A stretch of 24,000 bases of DNA from Promethearchaeia archaeon. Its GTDB lineage: Archaea; Asgardarchaeota; Lokiarchaeia; Sigyniarchaeales; SOKP01. The notes under the pieces are model-generated. The model worked only from the letters and a program-made list of their open reading frames with translations. It searched no databases and was not told the DNA's origin. Position numbers and translations under genes: made by a program. Location: positions 96,384 through 120,383 of the forward strand of contig JAWOFX010000088.1 of assembly GCA_046497275.1 (NCBI GenBank). The letters run 5' to 3'. Positions 9,853 to 16,101 of this stretch are shown here, one piece after another. Position 1 is the stretch's first letter. Each line of letters starts with the position of its first letter.

Positions 9853-10065
9853 TTAACCCGCTGGAGAAAATATTAACGCAAAAATTCCAAGACGAGCTAA
9901 TATTACTATAATTATAAGAGATGCAGCAAAAATTACCGTTGCTATTGGACTTATCTTGATACCAATTGAAGAATCTTCGAAAAATCTCATTAAACCAGCT
10001 CCACCCATCGGCATTGGAGCACTTCCCGATCTTCTTTTTTTCCTTCGCGATTGTCTTCTAGACAT
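9853..10065 (-). CDS. sec61b: Preprotein translocase subunit Sec61beta
   Basis: 70 aa: basic N-terminus, MGGAGLMRFFEDSSIGIKISPIATVIFAASLIIIVILARLGIFA; archaeal Sec61beta signature followed by a single TM. Confidence 0.93.
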   Translation of the reverse strand: MSRRQSRRKKRRSGSAPMPMGGAGLMRFFEDSSIGIKISPIATVIFAASLIIIVILARLGIFALIFSPAG

Positions 10066-10214
10066 CTTTTTTAAATCTATTATGTATTATTATATTTAAT
10101 ATAAAGATTTTAACCTAAAAAACTATTTCTCAAAATTTAAACTCGCAAAAAATCCAAAAAGCAAGATTTTTTTAACTCATAAATTTAATTATCTTAAAAA
10201 AAATAAAAATACAA

Positions 10215-10511
10215 ATGCGGATTCGAGAATTTCAAGATTTAATACGTGATCTTTACTTCCATCAAGATTCTAAAAGAGGTTTTAACAAATGTTTCTTATG
10301 GCTCGTTGAAGAAATTGGTGAATTAGCCAGTGTTTTAAAAGAGAAAGAGTTAAATATAGAATTTATTGGAGCAGAGATGGCAGATATAATAGCTTGGATA
10401 TTCACGTTAGCAAATTTGCTAAAAATAGATATCGAAACGGCTGTGATGAAAAAATATCCTAATAAATGTCCCAAATGTGGTTCTAATCCATGTATATGTA
10501 ATAAAAATTAA
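10215..10511 (+). CDS. MazG-like nucleotide pyrophosphohydrolase with Cys-rich C-terminal tail
   Basis: 98 aa: FLWLVEEIGELASVLKE (EExxE) and GAEMADIIAWIFTLANLLKIDIETAVMKKYPNKCP (ExxD); tail CPKCGSNPCIC is a potential metal site. Confidence 0.9.
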   Translation: MRIREFQDLIRDLYFHQDSKRGFNKCFLWLVEEIGELASVLKEKELNIEFIGAEMADIIAWIFTLANLLKIDIETAVMKKYPNKCPKCGSNPCICNKN

Positions 10512-10616
10512 TAGTGAAGATTCTATTATTTTATTTTAAAGCGTGAAGAGAATAAACTTTAATAAATTTTTAAAATTGATTATATTAATTTTAGTTATTT
10601 AGGAAATGAAAAAAAA

Positions 10617-12464
10617 TTGCTAATGTTGAAAAAAAGAAAAATTTACTTGCTAACAACGATTTTCATATCAATCTTTATCATTAGTTCCTTTATTTCAATA
10701 TTTGATTATAATACTTGCTATAATCGTTCAAATTATGAACTACCTAAGACAGCTTCAAGCATAGAAGGAGCTTCCGATATTATAATCTCTAAAATTAATC
10801 GAACTATTGATATAAACGGATTTGGATTAACAAATTTTAAGGATTCTTTAACAATTAAAAATGAATATAATAATCCTGTCTCCTCAATTTTGATAGGAAT
10901 TCCATCTAATATTTATGATGATTTAATATATTATGAAGCAACTGGTATGGGGAAAAATAGTTTATTGGTGGAAGAGACTGATATCATAATGGATAATAAT
11001 AAAATGATGTTAGCAATATATTTTGATTCTCCACTGCTTCCTCAAGAATCTAAATCAATAATTCTCTCCCATTCTTATAAGGAACTTTTACAATACCAAC
11101 CCTCAGGGGAAAATCAAAAGATTTCTTTTACTGGAATAGTTTATCCGCTTTTCCCTTATAAAGCAGAAGGATTAATAAAAACAATTGTTATTCTGCCAAT
11201 TGGATCGACTATCATTAATTCCGATTTTTGGGGGGAGAATAACGATAATTTAATAATTTATGACCTTGAAGAATTAACCCAATCATATTTAGAACCATTT
11301 TTAGAAAACTTAGGGGAAGATAAAATAATTGAGTTATCATTCACCCATCCTTCCAAAACAAGATTGGAAATACAAAAATCCACAAGGGAAATAACAATTT
11401 CCCCGTGGGGAGTGATTAAAGTGAAAGAGAGTATTTTAATTAGGAATCTCGGCTCTATAGATCTTGGAAAATTTAACTTAAAAATACCAAAAGGGGCTCG
11501 CAATGCGAAAACAACCGATCATTTAGGGGAAATTGATGGAACTACTGTGACAGATTTACCGAATAATCCCAAATCCAAACAAATTAATCTGGATCTTACA
11601 AATAATAGGGTGACAATGAATCCAGACTCGAGTTTCAGATTTACATTAACATATCAATTAAATCTGGCAGATTATGTATCTTATAACTGGTTCAAACAAT
11701 CAATACAAATGGATATAATAACAACACGCTGTGATTTTTTAGTAAGAGATCAAATTACAAAAATCATCATAGAAAGCTCTCTTAGCATAACTGATATTTC
11801 TAATCTTCCAAATGAATTTGATGAATCGGTTGCATCTAGCATTCTCGTCTATGAATCAGATTACATTAGCAATATTGAAGAGAATAAAATTTTATTGACT
11901 TATACTCTAGATATTTTTGAAATGTTCCTCAGACCGCTAATAATTTTATTATTAATTGCATCACTGTGTTCGGGGTTTATCCTTTTTATTAAGAAAAGAA
12001 AGCAAATGGGCATTTTACCTATGATTGAAAAAGAAGAGATTCCTATAAAAGAGATCAGAGAGTTTTGTTCACTCTATGAGCAAAAAAATGCCCTTACATT
12101 AGAAATTCGAGAAGCAGAAGAGGAACTTAAGCGACGTAAATTAACTAAAAAACAATATCGTAATCTTGTTGATAAAAATGAATCAAAACTAAAGGATATT
12201 GATGAGGAAATAAAACCTTTTAAGAAAGAATTGATGGAAACAAATCAAACTTTTGAAAGCATGATAAAAAAACTAGATGTTTTAGAAGCGGAACGGCAAA
12301 CGGTCGAGGATGGATTAAAATTATTGGAAAGCAGATATAAAAAAGGGAAACTTCCTTCAAGATCAGCTTATGTAAAATTAACCAATGATTTTTTAAATAG
12401 ACGAAAAAAGATTGACAGAACAATATCTCGTTTTATACAACAATTACGTTCTTATCTCCTTTAA
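10617..12464 (+). CDS. Ribophorin I (OST1)-like protein: extracytoplasmic beta-rich domain, one TM, cytoplasmic coiled-coil tail
   Basis: 615 aa. N-terminal signal/anchor; KSTREITISPWGVIKVKESILIRNLGSIDLGKFN resembles the ribophorin I 'I-E-V-S-H-W-G-N-I-x-V-x-E...L-x-H-x-G-A-x-L-K-G' block; upstream ...SGENQKISFTGIVYPLFPYKAEG also resembles the ribophorin I 'Q-x-x-x-x-x-G-x-x-Y-x-x-S-P-Y' block. Single TM near residue 440-460 and a roughly 150-aa tail ending RYKKGKLPSRSAYVKLTNDFLNRRKKIDRTISRFIQQLRSYLL. The first codon at 10617 is TTG; ATG at 10623 (MLKKRKIYLL) is the more likely start. Confidence 0.82.
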   Translation: MLMLKKRKIYLLTTIFISIFIISSFISIFDYNTCYNRSNYELPKTASSIEGASDIIISKINRTIDINGFGLTNFKDSLTIKNEYNNPVSSILIGIPSNIYDDLIYYEATGMGKNSLLVEETDIIMDNNKMMLAIYFDSPLLPQESKSIILSHSYKELLQYQPSGENQKISFTGIVYPLFPYKAEGLIKTIVILPIGSTIINSDFWGENNDNLIIYDLEELTQSYLEPFLENLGEDKIIELSFTHPSKTRLEIQKSTREITISPWGVIKVKESILIRNLGSIDLGKFNLKIPKGARNAKTTDHLGEIDGTTVTDLPNNPKSKQINLDLTNNRVTMNPDSSFRFTLTYQLNLADYVSYNWFKQSIQMDIITTRCDFLVRDQITKIIIESSLSITDISNLPNEFDESVASSILVYESDYISNIEENKILLTYTLDIFEMFLRPLIILLLIASLCSGFILFIKKRKQMGILPMIEKEEIPIKEIREFCSLYEQKNALTLEIREAEEELKRRKLTKKQYRNLVDKNESKLKDIDEEIKPFKKELMETNQTFESMIKKLDVLEAERQTVEDGLKLLESRYKKGKLPSRSAYVKLTNDFLNRRKKIDRTISRFIQQLRSYLL

Positions 12465-12516
12465 ATTTTTATATTCAGATGGATTAGCTAATAATAGACC
12501 TTATTTATGATAAAAA

Positions 12517-13143
12517 ATGAGACTCTGGTTATTTGATATCCTTGCATGTCCGATATGCAAGCATTATCCACTTAAGTTATACATCTTTTCGTATCAAGCA
12601 GAAGAAGATAAATTCAAAAAATATCTTAAAGATTACAATGAGAATACTTTTAATTATGAAAATCAGGATATTTTAAAAATATCTCAAGATAGTGAAGAAA
12701 AAATTTTGATTAAGGATGAAATTGTAATTGAGAAAAAACCTATAATTAAATATCTTGAAGATATTCTCACTAGTGTTGAAGAATTAAAAAATATCGAAGA
12801 TCTGAGTTCTTACGAAAAAAGCAAGAAATGCCTTTCCATTGCAAGAGAAAAGATTTTTGAGCAATTAATTGAATTCTCCAAAAAATCAGACTTAGATCAC
12901 ATTGAATCTATAATACCTGAACTTATTTTTCTGAATAAATTAAAAATTGACGCAGAAATTGAATCTGGTATTTTATTCTGCAATGAATGCAATAGATGGT
13001 TTCCCATTATCGATACAATTCCTCGGATGTTACCAGATGAGTATAGAGACAAAGCAAAGGAACTCGATTTCTTAAAAAGCAAAAAGGATATATTAAATGA
13101 AGAATTTTTTAATTTGGATCTAAAACCTTTTAATCTACAATAA
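12517..13143 (+). CDS. trm112: Trm112-like zinc-binding protein with large central helical insert
   Basis: 208 aa: N-terminal MRLWLFDILACPICKHYPLKLYIF and C-terminal GILFCNECNRWFPIIDTIPRMLPDEYR form the two halves of a Trm112 fold, separated by about 130 mostly helical residues. Confidence 0.85.
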   Translation: MRLWLFDILACPICKHYPLKLYIFSYQAEEDKFKKYLKDYNENTFNYENQDILKISQDSEEKILIKDEIVIEKKPIIKYLEDILTSVEELKNIEDLSSYEKSKKCLSIAREKIFEQLIEFSKKSDLDHIESIIPELIFLNKLKIDAEIESGILFCNECNRWFPIIDTIPRMLPDEYRDKAKELDFLKSKKDILNEEFFNLDLKPFNLQ

Positions 13144-13179
13144 ATTGTAGTTAAATACCATTATTACTAATTATACAAA

Positions 13180-13282
13180 AGCCCGGTGGTGTAGCGGCCA
13201 AGCATCTGGGGCCTTGAAGATGCTTTAATTCCTAAGGCTTTAGGGACACCCCGTGACCACGGTTCGAATCCGTGCCGGGCTA
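13180..13282 (+). tRNA. trnQ: tRNA-Gln (anticodon TTG), split by a 30-nt intron after position 37; exons 13180..13217 and 13248..13282
   Basis: Acceptor AGCCCGG/CCGGGCT (7 bp); T8 G9; D-arm GTGT-AGCGGCCAA-GCAT; anticodon stem TGGGG/CCCCG; spliced loop CC-TTG-AA; 4-nt variable loop TGAC; T-arm CACGG-TTCGAAT-CCGTG; discriminator A. No encoded CCA. Exon total 73 nt. Confidence 0.93.
13218..13247 (+). other. Archaeal tRNA intron at canonical position 37/38 with bulge-helix-bulge
   Basis: Outer helix TGGGG/CCCCG; 4-bp central helix 13212-13215 (CCTT) with 13242-13245 (AGGG, one U-G); 3-nt bulges 13216-13218 (GAA) and 13246-13248 (ACA); inner helix 13219-13227 with 13233-13241 (one T-T mismatch). 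Cutting after the second bulge nucleotide on each side gives the 30-nt intron. Confidence 0.88.
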
Positions 13283-13454
13283 TCTATATTTTCTTTACTG
13301 AAGTTTTTCTTATAAAAGTCTTATTCTTGAGTTATGGAAATTTATTTATTAAAACCATTTCGATAAATTGAAAAAAAAATAATAATTATGAAAACAAAAA
13401 GCAGAATTTAATTATAAAAAAATAATATTTATCACAATTAAAAAGCAGAATTTT

Positions 13455-14549
13455 ATGAGTCTTTCTGGAAAAAAAATTTGGGTTGATATAGAACAACCGA
13501 AGGCAGCAATAATGCTTTATTCTCTCATAAAGCAGTTTGAGTATGATGAGATTGATTTACTTATAACTGCTCGAGATTATGATTCCACATACCAAATCCT
13601 GGATGATCATGAGATAAAATATATTAAAGTTGGAAAGCATGGCGGTGCCAACTTAGAAAATAAATTAAAAGCACATATTGATCGATTAAGTGATTTATTT
13701 CCTCATGTTATTCGATTCAATCCGGATTATTTTGTAAACTTTATGTCTGTAGAGGGTATCCGAATAGCTTATGGATTAAAAATACCCTCTATAGGCTTCA
13801 ATGATGAGCCGAGAAATGTACCTGTATGTAAATTAATTTTCCCTTTCATTGATAATGTAATTACTCCAGAGTGTATTCCTAAAGAGGCATATGTTGAACT
13901 ATATGCCGATCCAAAGAAGATAATAAGATATAAAGGGATTGATGAGATTGCTTGGCTTTCAGATTTCAAACCAAATCCAAAAATTTTAGAGGATTATGAT
14001 TTAAAAAAAGGAGAATATGTAATAATGCGAAGTGAACCATCTGCAGCCTGTTATTTTATAGATAAGTTGAAACCAGATGAAACTTTATTAAGTGAAATCT
14101 TCCCGCCAATACATAAAAAATTCCCTAATCACAAATATTTTCTCTTAGCAAGAAATAGGAATCAGGAGGATTATTTACACAATAAATTAAAAAAATACAA
14201 GGATAATCCAAATTTAGTCATAACTCGTTATTTACCACATTTAGATGATTTTTGTTTTTATAGTGGGCTAGTTATTAGTGGAGGAGGAACAATAGTTAGA
14301 GAGTCCAGTTTGCTGAGCGTTCCAAGTATAGAATTCTTTCCCGGACCAACAGCTCCACAAGAAATGTTTTTAAAAAATAATGGCTTTCCTTTAGAACATA
14401 TCGAAGAATTAGATAGAATTATAAAAAGATCCATTTATGTTCTTAAAGAGGGTTTTGATACTACGAGAATCAAAAATTTTAAAAACAGAGTTAAGCAATT
14501 TGAAAATCCTATAAAAATTTGTTATAATTATGTTAGAATAAATATTTAA
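13455..14549 (+). CDS. DUF354 family protein (GT-B-like)
   Basis: KIWVDIEQPKAAIMLYSLIKQFEYDEIDLLITARDYDSTYQILDDHEIKYIKVGKHGG and VISGGGTIVRESSLLSVPSIEFFPGPTAPQEMFLKNNGFP match the DUF354 pattern. Confidence 0.88.
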   Translation: MSLSGKKIWVDIEQPKAAIMLYSLIKQFEYDEIDLLITARDYDSTYQILDDHEIKYIKVGKHGGANLENKLKAHIDRLSDLFPHVIRFNPDYFVNFMSVEGIRIAYGLKIPSIGFNDEPRNVPVCKLIFPFIDNVITPECIPKEAYVELYADPKKIIRYKGIDEIAWLSDFKPNPKILEDYDLKKGEYVIMRSEPSAACYFIDKLKPDETLLSEIFPPIHKKFPNHKYFLLARNRNQEDYLHNKLKKYKDNPNLVITRYLPHLDDFCFYSGLVISGGGTIVRESSLLSVPSIEFFPGPTAPQEMFLKNNGFPLEHIEELDRIIKRSIYVLKEGFDTTRIKNFKNRVKQFENPIKICYNYVRINI

Positions 14550-14572
14550 TTAAAAAATTCAAATCTATAAAA

Positions 14573-15937
14573 ATGGAATCTCCAACAGACATTCAATGGG
14601 ACTTTTTTAGCATCCTTTTTCTCTTATTTTCAGCGACTATAGGATTTATCATAACATATTTAATTATGCCACATTTAATCAGATACATGAAAAAGAAAGG
14701 TTTTATGGGAATTGATATCCATAAAAATTCCAAACCAGAAGTTGCTGAATCCGGAGGGTTGGGGATGCTAATAGGATTCATTGCATCATCAACTTTTTTA
14801 TATCTCGTTTTTCCTCTGTATAGAAATATCATTTTAATTGTCCAAATGACACTTATTATTGCAGGGGTTATTGGATTTATTGACGATAGAATTAGATTGA
14901 GAACCCGCTATAAATTATTATTAACTCTTAGTCTTGGAATTATAATTTTCCTCTCTAACTATTTAGAATTTATAAATATTAAAAATCCAGTGCTTCCAAT
15001 TTTAAGCCAGTTAAGACTTAATTTAATTTATCCAATTTTAATTCCTTTAGTGGTAACAGTATTCGCAAATACTGTTAATATGTTAGAGGGATATAATGGA
15101 GAAGGATCTGGTACAAGTATCATCTCTATTGCTTTTCTATTAATATGCAGTTTAATTTGGAATACAATGGAAGGTTTAATGTTTTCTCTGATTTCTCTTT
15201 CGGTTATAATACCATTTTATTTTTTCAATAAGTATCCGGCAAAAGTCTTTCCAGGTGATGTTGGAACACTCTCTATGGGTGTTATGATAGCAAGTATCGC
15301 TCTTTTTGGTGGCTTACTGCCTGCGGCATTCTGTACACTTTTAACTCATGTATTTAACAGTTTTTATTATATATCTTCTGTAAGAGGGTTTTTTGAGAGT
15401 GAGAAAATTCATGAATTAAGAGATGATATTATCTTACTTGGAGATGATAAAATTAAGCCCTCGGAGGAAAAAGAAGCTCTTCTCACCATGCCACGTCTTA
15501 TTTTAGTCAAAGGTCCTTTAACTGAATCTAAATTGGTTAAAAATCTCTTCCTAATATCACTTATTAGCGGTTTTTTAGGAATTATAACCACTTTTCTTAT
15601 GTGTTGGACTATAGGAGAAATCAATATCCTTTATCTTCTAACCTTTTCCATACCATGTTTTATTATGATTGGATTATTAGTATTTTTCTTTCCAAGAATT
15701 AGAGATATTGCTCTTCAGATGATAATATTATATTTTATCGGAATTATAATATTGTATCTTATAGATTTTCTAATAGTTCCAATTCAAATAACTGTAGATT
15801 TATATTTTATTAAAATACCCGTAAATATTTTACTTTCAATACTTATAATTATTCCAGGATTAATTTTATGGTACATAATAACTATTTTTTACGTGAATAG
15901 GAAATTAACTTTAAATAATAAATCAATTCAAAAATAA
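14573..15937 (+). CDS. Polyprenyl-phosphate HexNAc-1-phosphate transferase family (MraY/WecA/Alg7/AglH-like)
   Basis: 454 aa polytopic; MGIDIHKNSKPEVAESGGLGMLIG, GFIDDRIRLRTRYKL, ANTVNMLEGYNGEGSGTS, and YFFNKYPAKVFPGDVGTLSMG are the conserved cytosolic-loop motifs. Confidence 0.9.
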   Translation: MESPTDIQWDFFSILFLLFSATIGFIITYLIMPHLIRYMKKKGFMGIDIHKNSKPEVAESGGLGMLIGFIASSTFLYLVFPLYRNIILIVQMTLIIAGVIGFIDDRIRLRTRYKLLLTLSLGIIIFLSNYLEFINIKNPVLPILSQLRLNLIYPILIPLVVTVFANTVNMLEGYNGEGSGTSIISIAFLLICSLIWNTMEGLMFSLISLSVIIPFYFFNKYPAKVFPGDVGTLSMGVMIASIALFGGLLPAAFCTLLTHVFNSFYYISSVRGFFESEKIHELRDDIILLGDDKIKPSEEKEALLTMPRLILVKGPLTESKLVKNLFLISLISGFLGIITTFLMCWTIGEINILYLLTFSIPCFIMIGLLVFFFPRIRDIALQMIILYFIGIIILYLIDFLIVPIQITVDLYFIKIPVNILLSILIIIPGLILWYIITIFYVNRKLTLNNKSIQK

Positions 15938-16101
15938 AAGGGATTTATATCAAAGGATATAGAAATCTATTAATTGCTACAAAATAGGAGATTCATCTGA
16001 AAACGAAGTTTCGAATCATCACTTTTATTTCTTATTTATTTATATCGCTAATTCTATTTTTTTTCTTTATTTTATTTTATTCCGTTGATCTTTTTAACAT
16101 C

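Noticed and set aside
10262-13082. Small minus-strand ORFs 10262..10474, 11258..11503, 12220..12423, 12897..13082
   Set aside because: All antisense inside convincing plus-strand genes (MazG-like, ribophorin-like, Trm112-like).
13207-13253. Reading the tRNA as tRNA-Ser(TGA) from CTTGAAG in an unspliced register
   Set aside because: Serine tRNAs need a long class II variable arm. Here the arms, 4-nt variable loop, acceptor AGCCCGG, discriminator A and the BHB geometry all fit a spliced tRNA-Gln(TTG).
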